In this document: positions 20,900-29,141 of the stretch, piece by piece
How positions within the stretch are numbered: the stretch's first letter is position 1
Layout: each line of letters starts with the position of its first letter
Assembly: GCA_963812155.1 (NCBI GenBank)
Contig: CAWETW010000001.1
Span: forward strand, 352,001-416,000
DNA: 64,000 nt
Origin: Vulcanimicrobiota bacterium
GTDB taxonomy: Bacteria > Vulcanimicrobiota > Vulcanimicrobiia > Vulcanimicrobiales > Vulcanimicrobiaceae
Reading direction: 5' to 3'
The notes under the pieces: model-generated
The model's input: the letters and a program-made list of their open reading frames with translations, nothing else
Told to the model about the DNA's origin: nothing
The model's database searches: none
Translations under genes and position numbers: made by a program

Positions 20900-21070
20900 C
20901 TAATCGCTGCGGCCGTGGAAACGTTTTCCCTCCTTGCGGCACGCGTCCTGACTTCCCTCAAGTTTATGCGGGCAGGGAAGAGTCTCAGGCGATGTTTCCG
21001 GATCACCCTCACCCCAGAACACATGACCGTCAGGGCAACGATACTCGGGGCGCTTCGGCGTTACACTCAC
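20900..21070 (-). CDS. Small Cys/His-containing protein (56 aa)
   Basis: AAGGAG RBS before GTG 21070; YRCPDGH...CPH...C. Confidence 0.5.
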   Translation of the reverse strand: MSVTPKRPEYRCPDGHVFWGEGDPETSPETLPCPHKLEGSQDACRKEGKRFHGRSD

Positions 21071-21125
21071 TGTGGTTTCTCCTTGGCCGACCATCTCGAT
21101 CAGCCACAACGCTTCTGGGGAAGTC

Positions 21126-21314
21126 CTAGTGATCGATGAAGCCGGAAGCCTCTTCCATCGTCGCATCGAGCCGCAAATCTTCGTGTGCGTATTTTCGATC
21201 TTCATGTCCTTGGGTCGTTTTGACGCGCACGACGATTTCATGCGGATGAACGGACTTGACCGTCCCTTCCTCCTTCGTGGCGTCAATGAAGACTCGGTCG
21301 CCGGCTTTCAACAT
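21126..21314 (-). CDS. Small hypothetical protein (62 aa, SH3/KOW-like pattern)
   Basis: AAGGA RBS; LKAGDRV...EGTVKSV...IVVRV. Confidence 0.6.
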   Translation of the reverse strand: MLKAGDRVFIDATKEEGTVKSVHPHEIVVRVKTTQGHEDRKYAHEDLRLDATMEEASGFIDH

Positions 21315-21389
21315 TTCTTGCTTCCTTTCTTGAAGTGTCTGCGTTGGAGGCGATCCCCCAAAAGGCTCCGCGGGGATTGCCCGAGTCGA

Positions 21390-22418
21390 CTATTGCTTTC
21401 CTACTGCTAACGCCACTGGATCGTTGATGCCCTCGGTAAAGGTGCGCACTGGAGACGATGCTCCCGTCTCATATTCGGTGACGTCGCCGGCACCGGTGCC
21501 GGAGTTGGCGACGTAAAGCTCTCCAAAATCGTTAAATGCGAGCGCCGTCGGATTCAAAATTCCGTCCGTAATCACGCGATACGGGTGAATCTCACGGTGC
21601 ACGTAAACGGCGACGTTACTCGCCGCGTTGTTGGCGACGTAAAGCGTGCCCAGTGCGTCGAATGTCAACGCAACCGGTCCACTGATGCCGTCGGTAATCG
21701 TATGCAGCAGAGTGCCGGTTCCGCGCCGGTAAACGGTTATCGAGTCGTCGCTCGAACGGCAGCCACGGTTGGCCACGAACGCGTCCCCAGCCGGATCGAA
21801 CGCGAGCGCGTTGGGGCACGAGACGCCGTGCTCGATCGTTCGTAGTTTTTGGCCGGTCTTTGCGTCGAACACGACGATTGCCTTTTCGAGCGCGACGTAA
21901 AGCGCGCCGCGGTTCTCGGCAACGGTTTGCAGCTTGGGATCGACGGCAACGTTCCCAGCGTATTTCAGACTCGGCAACGAATACTCACTCACGTGGTGAT
22001 TCTTCGCGGACGAGTTCGCGACGAAGAGCCTTTGGTAACCAATTGCCAGCGCCGTTGGCCCGCTGATGCCCTCGTCGATCGTAGCTTTTCGCCGAATGCT
22101 TCCGGGCGGATACACGGCGATGTTGCCGCTGTTGCGAAGACCGTTTCCATGGGTTGAGACGAAGAGATCTTCAGCAGCGTCGAACGCTAGGGCGTTCGGC
22201 TTCTGAGACCGGATGCTTCGCAATGGCTGAGTGCGCAGCAGCGGGTAGGTCGTAACCGACCCCTCCCCGCCGTAGTTCGCAACGTAAAGGAACTGACGGC
22301 CGCCGCTCTCACCGTGAAGGGCCGCGGCAGGCCTTTGCACGCTCCAGGGGCTCGTTGAGGGTACGATCGTGGCCGAGCAACCGGCGAGGCAGAACGCGAT
22401 GAACGCCAACCTTTTCAT
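21390..22418 (-). CDS. NHL-repeat beta-propeller lipoprotein
   Basis: LAGC lipobox; repeated ITDGI..P.ALAFD..G.LYVAN. Confidence 0.85.
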   Translation of the reverse strand: MKRLAFIAFCLAGCSATIVPSTSPWSVQRPAAALHGESGGRQFLYVANYGGEGSVTTYPLLRTQPLRSIRSQKPNALAFDAAEDLFVSTHGNGLRNSGNIAVYPPGSIRRKATIDEGISGPTALAIGYQRLFVANSSAKNHHVSEYSLPSLKYAGNVAVDPKLQTVAENRGALYVALEKAIVVFDAKTGQKLRTIEHGVSCPNALAFDPAGDAFVANRGCRSSDDSITVYRRGTGTLLHTITDGISGPVALTFDALGTLYVANNAASNVAVYVHREIHPYRVITDGILNPTALAFNDFGELYVANSGTGAGDVTEYETGASSPVRTFTEGINDPVALAVGKQ

Positions 22419-22654
22419 ATCATTGAGCCTATCAGGCCTCGCCCGTTCGTCAAGATATCGCCTAGAGTCCGCGTCGGATCGTGCCCTGACTTGGGTCGCA
22501 GTAAGAATGCGTGCCGGCGTTCCTTAAGAGTGTCCTCGAATCGCGGCAAAATGCCGCACTTGCAGCCTCTTCAGCACTTTTTCATGATTCCATGACATAC
22601 TCGCACCGTTTTCGCCTCGAGCTTCTGGCGCTACGCCCTGGAGGAACTTCGTCT

Positions 22655-23683
22655 ATGTCGCATCGTTTTCGTGCCGGCACAACCGTATCGTGGGTGACGG
22701 CGATCGTTGCCGGATTTTCAATCTCAGCCTGCGCTGCGGACAATAGCGTTCTGCAACAAGCCGGAGCCCCCACGCCGGCGATGCTTGCCGCGAGCCGCGT
22801 CGGTCACGATACCAGCAACACCTGGACTCTCGGGAATCCCGCCCCGACCAAGCAATTCACCGGGGCCGCCGCAGCCAACGGTACGAACATTTATTTGCTC
22901 GGCGGCGAGAACCACACGACAATCATGAACGAGAACGACGTCTACGACACGACGAGCGACACTTGGTCTCGTGCCAAGCGCATGCCCACGGCACGCGCCG
23001 CGCTGGCGGCCGCAACGCTGAACGGAATCGTGTACGCCATCGGCGGCGAGACGTTTACCGGAACGCCGCTGGCGACCGTCGAGGCATACAACCCCATCAG
23101 CAATACGTGGTCGACCAAGGCTCCCTTACCGACGGCCGTCGACAGCATGACCGCCACCGTCGAGAATGGGTCTATTTACGTCGTCGGCGGCTTCAACGGC
23201 AGCGGCACTCCCTTCGCCGGCGTTCAGAAATATAACCCCAACTCGAATTCATGGACATTGGTCGCCCCAATGACAATCGCTAAAGCATTTGCCTTTACGA
23301 CCACCGTCAACTCGGAGATTGTCAGCGCAGCAGGCTCGATCGGTACGGGGCCAACTGTCGACAACGAAGCCTACGACCCCACGTCGAATTCGTGGACGAC
23401 AAAGAAGAGCGCACGGGTGCTGCGATACGGTGGCTGCGCGGGCGCCATCGGCAGCAAGCTGTACGCTGCCGGTGGTCTCGTGTTCTCGCCGATTCGCAAC
23501 TCAACAAAAAGACTCGACGCATACGATGTCGTCGCAGATCATTGGACGAAGCTCGCAAACATGCCGTTCGGAATGATCGGTCCGGCATCCGCTACGGTGA
23601 ATGGTTTACTCTACTGCATCGGCGGCTCACCGCACTACGCCCAGCCGGTCTATTCCGGAAAGGTGCAAGTCTATCACCCCTGA
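22655..23683 (+). CDS. Kelch-repeat lipoprotein
   Basis: Repeated Y.IGG...YDP..N.W....MP; ISAC lipobox; GGAGG RBS. Confidence 0.88.
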   Translation: MSHRFRAGTTVSWVTAIVAGFSISACAADNSVLQQAGAPTPAMLAASRVGHDTSNTWTLGNPAPTKQFTGAAAANGTNIYLLGGENHTTIMNENDVYDTTSDTWSRAKRMPTARAALAAATLNGIVYAIGGETFTGTPLATVEAYNPISNTWSTKAPLPTAVDSMTATVENGSIYVVGGFNGSGTPFAGVQKYNPNSNSWTLVAPMTIAKAFAFTTTVNSEIVSAAGSIGTGPTVDNEAYDPTSNSWTTKKSARVLRYGGCAGAIGSKLYAAGGLVFSPIRNSTKRLDAYDVVADHWTKLANMPFGMIGPASATVNGLLYCIGGSPHYAQPVYSGKVQVYHP

Positions 23684-23760
23684 TTGATATGCGACCTATC
23701 GCCGGCGCAACGCTATAGCGGGTCAAACCTTACGGGCGCGTTGGTGCTCTAGTGCTTCGG

Positions 23761-25188
23761 TTAGAGACCGAAGGCGTACAGCTTGCCGTCCCAGGCGGCG
23801 ACATAGACGCGACCATTTACGACGGTCGGTTCTGCGACGATAGAATCGTTGATGCTCGAGCCGCTGTTCCACAGAATCGCGCCGGTCGAGGCGTCGAGGG
23901 CGTACAGCGCGTTACCGCCGTTCGCGTAGACGACGCCGCCGGCAACGGATGGCACGGAGTCCCCACTGCCACCGATGGCGGTCTGCCAGCTCTGCGTTGC
24001 TTTGCAACCTGGATGCGTATCGAGTCGCGTTAGGCCGGACGGAACGTTTACGAACAGTGCACTGCTCGAGGATAAATACGCGGCGGTTGCAAGGCTGCCG
24101 CCCAGGTTAAGCTTCGATCCGTAACTCCCGTTTTGCAGATGCATCCGGTCTACCGTAAAGAAGGCGCCGTCCTTGCGTTCGAAGGCGGCACAGAGGCTGC
24201 CGCCCGACCTGTATAGTACGGGCGTCGTTCCGATGTCGAGATCGCCGTTGAGATTGCTTTCCGGCTGTTCGTCCGCGACGAAGCCTAACGACTGCGTCAA
24301 CTCAATGATGCTGTCGCTATACTGACCCTTCTCACCGAGCTTGCCGAGCGAATTACCAACACCAGCGTAGAGGTTGCCGTTTGTTGGATCGATGGATTCG
24401 CCGCCCCAACTCCAGACGCCGTTAGCGTAGTACTGATGTTTGTCGGTGACGAGCTGGAACGTTGTGATTGACTGCGTAGCTACGTCGACTGCGTTTATCG
24501 TCCCATAATAAAGGTTGTCGTCGCAGTGGCTAGCCGTTGGGTAATACAACGTCGAGTTGGTTGCGTCGAGCAACAAGCCGCTCCAAACGTGGTTATGAAG
24601 CGGTTTTGTGAACACGCGCAGCGGCGGAAACGCCGGATCTTGTGCGCCTGTTGCCATTTTGAAGGCCCACAGTTTACCCACGCCATCGATAACATAGACG
24701 CGGCTTTTTTCGCGATCGATCGTCGGCGCGCTCGTGACGCCGTTCGAAGCGCCGCCAAAACAGCCGGATGACGTCTTTCCGAGATGCTTCTGCCAAAGCA
24801 CCGTTCCGGCTAGAGCGTCGACTGCGGTAAAAGTGCCGTCTTCGTCGCCGGCAAACACGACTTGCGTCTTTTTCTGGTTCGGCAGGGTTACGTTGGCGGC
24901 TACGATCGGCTGCGTGTTGCTGACGGTTGAACCCAGTGAAACCGACCATTTGAGCTTAAGGCCATTGACGGTCGTGGTCGTCAGCGTCTTTTCATAGTGA
25001 TTGTCGCTCCAACGCTGCCGGTTGAACCCAAAGGTGGGCCAATCGATCGCCGACGGTACGGCTGCCGGCAATCCAGGCCGCGCGAGCTGGGGTAACGGGG
25101 AGGTGGGCGCCGTGTTGCGACCGGCGCATCCAGCCAGTTGACCGGCAACGATCAGCGAGACGAAAACGAGTTTAAGCGAGCGATGCAT
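23761..25188 (-). CDS. PQQ-like beta-propeller repeat lipoprotein
   Basis: LAGC lipobox, DWPTFG, AVDALAG..LW, ALDASTGAILW, PTVVNGRVY. Confidence 0.85.
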   Translation of the reverse strand: MHRSLKLVFVSLIVAGQLAGCAGRNTAPTSPLPQLARPGLPAAVPSAIDWPTFGFNRQRWSDNHYEKTLTTTTVNGLKLKWSVSLGSTVSNTQPIVAANVTLPNQKKTQVVFAGDEDGTFTAVDALAGTVLWQKHLGKTSSGCFGGASNGVTSAPTIDREKSRVYVIDGVGKLWAFKMATGAQDPAFPPLRVFTKPLHNHVWSGLLLDATNSTLYYPTASHCDDNLYYGTINAVDVATQSITTFQLVTDKHQYYANGVWSWGGESIDPTNGNLYAGVGNSLGKLGEKGQYSDSIIELTQSLGFVADEQPESNLNGDLDIGTTPVLYRSGGSLCAAFERKDGAFFTVDRMHLQNGSYGSKLNLGGSLATAAYLSSSSALFVNVPSGLTRLDTHPGCKATQSWQTAIGGSGDSVPSVAGGVVYANGGNALYALDASTGAILWNSGSSINDSIVAEPTVVNGRVYVAAWDGKLYAFGL

Positions 25189-25321
25189 GCGTCGGCCCTC
25201 CCGGTGCCAGGACGATTCGAGTCCGCTTTTCTGCCACCTTGCGTGACGAGGCTATTACTGTATTCGTGCCTTCGTTTAATGTAAGAGGAAATGCGCGCGG
25301 GCGGCGCATAGTGCCAACGGT

Positions 25322-25873
25322 ATGATGAAATGGGACTTTGAGCCCGGCCATACCGCGGCAGCGTTTCGCGCCCGGCACATGATGGTGACGTGGGTTCGCG
25401 GGTCGTTTAAGAACGTGACGGGCGAGCTCGAGTTCGATCCGTCGCAACCGCGACTGTTAGCCGTCAAAGCGGTCATCAACGCATCGACCTGTTGGACGGG
25501 TGTGGAGGCGCGAGACAATCATCTGCGCAGCGCCGATTTCCTTCACTGCGAGCGCTTTCCGGAGATTCGCTTTAAGGGCGACCGCGTCGTCGAGATCGGA
25601 CCGGTCGACTACCAGGTCACCGGCGACCTCACGATTCGCGATACGACGCACGCGGTCACGCTCGAAGTCCGGTATCTCGGCTCTTGGCAAACTCCGTGGT
25701 GGGAAGACGGCGTCGACAAGGGCCCCAAGACCCGAGCGGGGTTCGTTGCAAAAACGCGGATCGATCGCTACGATTTCGGCGTGAACTGGAACGACACGAT
25801 GCCGGATGGAGGCGTCGTCGTGAGCCCGCAGATCGATATCGTCATCGATGCGGAGGCCATCAAGTCGGACTGA
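25322..25873 (+). CDS. YceI family polyisoprenoid-binding protein
   Basis: H..A.F..RHM...VRGSF, RDNHLRSADF, GDLTIR, IDRYDFG. Confidence 0.92.
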   Translation: MMKWDFEPGHTAAAFRARHMMVTWVRGSFKNVTGELEFDPSQPRLLAVKAVINASTCWTGVEARDNHLRSADFLHCERFPEIRFKGDRVVEIGPVDYQVTGDLTIRDTTHAVTLEVRYLGSWQTPWWEDGVDKGPKTRAGFVAKTRIDRYDFGVNWNDTMPDGGVVVSPQIDIVIDAEAIKSD

Positions 25874-25876
25874 CCG

Positions 25877-26863
25877 TTAGTACGGATTTCCCGGGCGCGA
25901 AGCCGGACTGACCGCGATCCCGTCGCCGGCATCGCCCGGCACCTTAATCTGGTCGACCGGCAGATGGTTGGGGCGATTCGCGGGTCCTGGGAAAGCCCAC
26001 TCGCTCAGCGAGATGGAGGTTACGTACGCGCGGCGTTCCCGCCCGTCGAGCGCGAACGCGTCGGGATGCAGCCACGGAGCCTTGTTCGGCACGATGTCGT
26101 TGAAGCGGCCCATATGGCCAAAGACGTGCGACATTTTTTGCGATCCCGGTTCGAAGACGCCGCAACGGTAGGCAAAGGGATCGCAAACGGCGAGCGCGCC
26201 GGTTGCGGTGGTCACGATCGCACCCGCCGAGACGAGCTTCAATCCGAGGTTTTGCGGCGTGCCGCTTCCGCCCGTCCAGCGATCGACTTGAGCGGTATTG
26301 CTCTGCGTCATGAAGGTGACGTAAAGGTTTCCTTGATTGTCGACTGCGCCAAAACCGCCATTGCGCCCGGCGGGATCGCCCAACGTTGCCGTAGGCGTCG
26401 TGCTGCCTTTCGCGTAAACCTCGACGAGGGTGGTCGGTGCGACGTCGTTCGAATAGTCGACGACGTAAACGGTACCGCTTCTTTCGTCTACGGTGACGTC
26501 GTTGGGGACGCCGTTTGGATCGCTCAGCGTCCGCACCGGCGACGTGCCGCCGGGAGCAAACTTGTAGATGGCACGTGCAAGGGAATCGGCGACCCACAGA
26601 TTGTGTCGTGAATCAACAAAAAATCCCCGCGGGTCCGAAAACCCGTGCAGGGTCGCGCACGGCTTGGCGTCGAGGTTTTCCGTATCGTAAACGTCGATGG
26701 TCGCGTCGTGCGTTGCAACGTAGACAACGGATTTCGGACACGTCGCGGCGCTTCGCGACGCCGGCGCCTGCGGGCCGTTAGCGATGGGGCCGAAGGAAGC
26801 AGGGTTGGAGGCACACGCGGTCGCGAGCGCGACTGCGGCGGCGGCAACGAGAAAGCGTGTCAT
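25877..26863 (-). CDS. NHL/SMP-30-like beta-propeller lipoprotein
   Basis: ATAC lipobox, GAGGAG RBS, repeated VD..NL.V blades. Confidence 0.75.
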   Translation of the reverse strand: MTRFLVAAAAVALATACASNPASFGPIANGPQAPASRSAATCPKSVVYVATHDATIDVYDTENLDAKPCATLHGFSDPRGFFVDSRHNLWVADSLARAIYKFAPGGTSPVRTLSDPNGVPNDVTVDERSGTVYVVDYSNDVAPTTLVEVYAKGSTTPTATLGDPAGRNGGFGAVDNQGNLYVTFMTQSNTAQVDRWTGGSGTPQNLGLKLVSAGAIVTTATGALAVCDPFAYRCGVFEPGSQKMSHVFGHMGRFNDIVPNKAPWLHPDAFALDGRERRAYVTSISLSEWAFPGPANRPNHLPVDQIKVPGDAGDGIAVSPASRPGNPY

Positions 26864-26927
26864 GGCGGGCTCCTCTTTCAGCTTGGCGCTTCGCCGAAAA
26901 TTAACACCAACCTGGCGGCCCTTCGGT

Positions 26928-26947
26928 GTGCGTTCGTACGAACGCAC
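26928..26947. promoter_or_regulatory. Perfect 20-bp palindrome, candidate operator
   Basis: GTGCGTTCGTACGAACGCAC equals its own reverse complement; lies about 65 bp upstream of the 26863 start. Confidence 0.45.
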
Positions 26948-27060
26948 CGCTGGAAGTCATCGAGGACAGTAGACGGGCTGAGTTAGGGCACACTTGGGGC
27001 TACGCCTCGCGTGACGGCGAAAATCACGGTGCTAAACTCCCCGATTTTGTGCACGAAACA

Positions 27061-27112
27061 TGGTCGGGCTGACTGGATTCGAACCAGGGTCGGGCTGACA
27101 GGATTCGAACCT
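27061..27112. repeat. 26-bp tandem duplication of the tRNA-Pro 3' end (att-like)
   Basis: 27061-27086 TGGTCGGGCTGACTGGATTCGAACCA vs 27087-27112 GGGTCGGGCTGACAGGATTCGAACCT, 23/26 identical. Confidence 0.9.
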
Positions 27113-27164
27113 GCGACCTCTTGACCCCCAGTCAAGCGCGCTAACCAAACTGCGCCACAGCCCG
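27090..27164 (-). tRNA. tRNA-Pro (GGG)
   Basis: Reverse complement CGGGCTGTGGCGCAGTTTGGTTAGCGCGCTTGACTGGGGGTCAAGAGGTCGCAGGTTCGAATCCTGTCAGCCCGA folds as a cloverleaf; CTTGA/TCAAG stem with anticodon GGG. Confidence 0.97.
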
Positions 27165-27168
27165 CCGT

Positions 27169-27441
27169 TTATCGAAGAGCGTTTTTCAGCGACTTGCTCG
27201 CTACGAATGCCGGGACCTTTCGGGCGGCGATGCTGATCTTTTCACCGGTTTTTGGGTTGCGTCCGTCGCGCGCTTTGTGCTCGCGTACGACGAAACTTCC
27301 GAACGGCGTCAGTGCAACGCGATCGCCGTGACGCAATGCACCTTCAATTTCGTCGAATATGGCTTCTACAGCGTGGCCGGCTTGACGTCTGGTGAGCTCG
27401 GCTCGATCTGCAACGGCTTCGATCAATTCGGCTTTCGTCAA
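27169..27441 (-). CDS. hup: DNA-binding protein HU
   Basis: MTKAELI, FGSF, ARDGRNPKTGE, VPAF; TTG start with GGAG RBS. Confidence 0.95.
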   Translation of the reverse strand: MTKAELIEAVADRAELTRRQAGHAVEAIFDEIEGALRHGDRVALTPFGSFVVREHKARDGRNPKTGEKISIAARKVPAFVASKSLKNALR

Positions 27442-27505
27442 CTTCGCTCTCCATCGCGGCGGTACGAGGTTCGCCGACCGCCCTGCCACGATACGGTTAC
27501 CGCGG

Positions 27506-27940
27506 CTAGCCGCCCCCTCCTTCAACCAAGGCCCGCAACGCCAGCGTATACCCGATTGCGCCCAAACCCGCAATGCTTCCCCAACAGGCGCGCGCCGTTA
27601 CGCTCTGCCGGCGGAACTCCTCGCGCGCGGCGACATTCGAGAGGTGCACTTCGACGACCGGCATTGCGATCGCCGCGATCGCGTCGGCGATCGCGTACGA
27701 ATAATGTGAGTACGCGCCGGGATTGATCACGACGCCGTCATAGCGTCCGCGCGCCGCGTGCAGCGCATCGATTAATGCGCCTTCGCCGTTATGTTGTTCG
27801 CACGTGACGTCGATGCCGAGATCCGCGGCCGTCGTCGCGACGATCTCGTTCACATCCGCCAGCGTTTCGGTGCCGTAGATCTCCGGCTCGCGATTGCCGA
27901 GCAAATTCAAATTGGGACCGTGGATAACGAGGACGTGCAT
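27506..27940 (-). CDS. aroQ: Type II 3-dehydroquinate dehydratase
   Basis: HGPNLNLLGNREPEIYG, INPGAYSHYS, EVHLSN. Confidence 0.97.
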   Translation of the reverse strand: MHVLVIHGPNLNLLGNREPEIYGTETLADVNEIVATTAADLGIDVTCEQHNGEGALIDALHAARGRYDGVVINPGAYSHYSYAIADAIAAIAMPVVEVHLSNVAAREEFRRQSVTARACWGSIAGLGAIGYTLALRALVEGGGG

Positions 27941-27996
27941 GCGGCCCATCTTCACGACAGGAAAAGCACCCGCCTTCGTTTGAACACGACGCGCTC

Positions 27997-28878
27997 ATGC
28001 CCGATCGTCTTCTCGGTGCCTCCGCCTTTGCGTCCGGCTCGTCCGCCGTGTCTGCCGTCACGACCGGGCTCGTGACGGAAATCCGGCAGCGCCACGATCT
28101 CTCACCTACGGCCACTGCCGCCGTCGGACGGCTCGTGACGGGCGCCGTCTTGCTCGCCGCCAATCTCGGCGAGCGGGAACGCATCTCGCTGCAGATTAGC
28201 GGCGACGGTCCTATCGGCATGCTCGTCGCCGACGCCTGGCTCCTCGACGAGCGAACCATCGGCGCGCGGGGGTACGCGCGGAATGGCCGCGTCGACTTGC
28301 CGGTCAACGCGCGTGGAAAGTTCGACGTCTCGGGCGCACTCGGCAGCGGCTCGCTACACGTCACGCGATCGTACGAAATCGGCCAGCCCTACGTCGGCGT
28401 CGTGCCGCTGCACTCGGGCGAAATCGCCGAAGACCTCGCCGCCTACCTCGCCAACTCGGAACAGATTCCCAGCGTCGTCGCGCTCGGGGTGCTCGCCGAT
28501 CCGCGCGGCGTCGTCGCTGCGGGCGGCGTCATCGCGCGCATGTTGCCCGGCGCCGTCGAATCGGAGATCGCGGCGCTCGAGGACCGCGCGGCCGCGATGC
28601 CGCCGGTCACGTCGCTGATCGCGCAGCGGCCCGACCCGCTCTTCCTGCTCGAACAACTCCTCGGCGACGATGCCGCAGGCACCGATCGTTCGATGGATAT
28701 CGTCTTTGCGTGCACCTGCACGAAAGGAAAGGTCGAAAACGTCCTACGCGCGCTCGGCCACGACGAACTCGAGCGTTTACAGAGCGAACGCGAAGAAACC
28801 GAAGCGACGTGCGAGTTTTGCCGCCGCCGCTTCACATTTACGCGCGAAGAAATCCAGGCGTTGCAGGAAATGGGGTAG
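27997..28878 (+). CDS. hslO: Hsp33 redox-regulated chaperone
   Basis: GDGPIG, GEIAEDL..Y..NSEQIPS, CTC...CEFC zinc motif. Confidence 0.95.
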   Translation: MPDRLLGASAFASGSSAVSAVTTGLVTEIRQRHDLSPTATAAVGRLVTGAVLLAANLGERERISLQISGDGPIGMLVADAWLLDERTIGARGYARNGRVDLPVNARGKFDVSGALGSGSLHVTRSYEIGQPYVGVVPLHSGEIAEDLAAYLANSEQIPSVVALGVLADPRGVVAAGGVIARMLPGAVESEIAALEDRAAAMPPVTSLIAQRPDPLFLLEQLLGDDAAGTDRSMDIVFACTCTKGKVENVLRALGHDELERLQSEREETEATCEFCRRRFTFTREEIQALQEMG

Positions 28879-28911
28879 CCCGAGCTACCGCTCCGGACTA
28901 CTACGTCGGAG

Positions 28912-29139
28912 TTAGTGCCGGAAAAGACGGCGCAGGTCGCGCGGGGTGCGGTACGACTCGATGCGCTGATAGTAAGTCTCGCGAATGCCGCTGCCCTCGT
29001 TGACGTACCACCATCCGCACTCACAGCGGATCGGCCGGTCACCGGGTTCGGGATACGGATAGACGCGCTTGCAGCGCTTGCAAACGAAGGTTCTTCCTTC
29101 GATCGGCGGGGCCGGCGTAAACGTCACTCCAGATGGCAT
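28912..29139 (-). CDS. Small zinc-ribbon protein (75 aa)
   Basis: CKRC...CECG; starts 2 bp after the tyrS stop. Confidence 0.65.
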   Translation of the reverse strand: MPSGVTFTPAPPIEGRTFVCKRCKRVYPYPEPGDRPIRCECGWWYVNEGSGIRETYYQRIESYRTPRDLRRLFRH

Positions 29140-29141
29140 GG

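Noticed and set aside
18151..27060. Intact prophage or ICE at tRNA-Pro
   Set aside because: There are no integrase, phage structural or conjugation genes, and no distal att repeat was found.
27090..27164. tRNA-Pro(GGG) as a +1 frameshift suppressor explaining the broken genes
   Set aside because: The anticodon loop is a normal 7 nt (CUGGGGG), and only one of the nine frameshift sites (about 40042) has an in-frame CCC-N.
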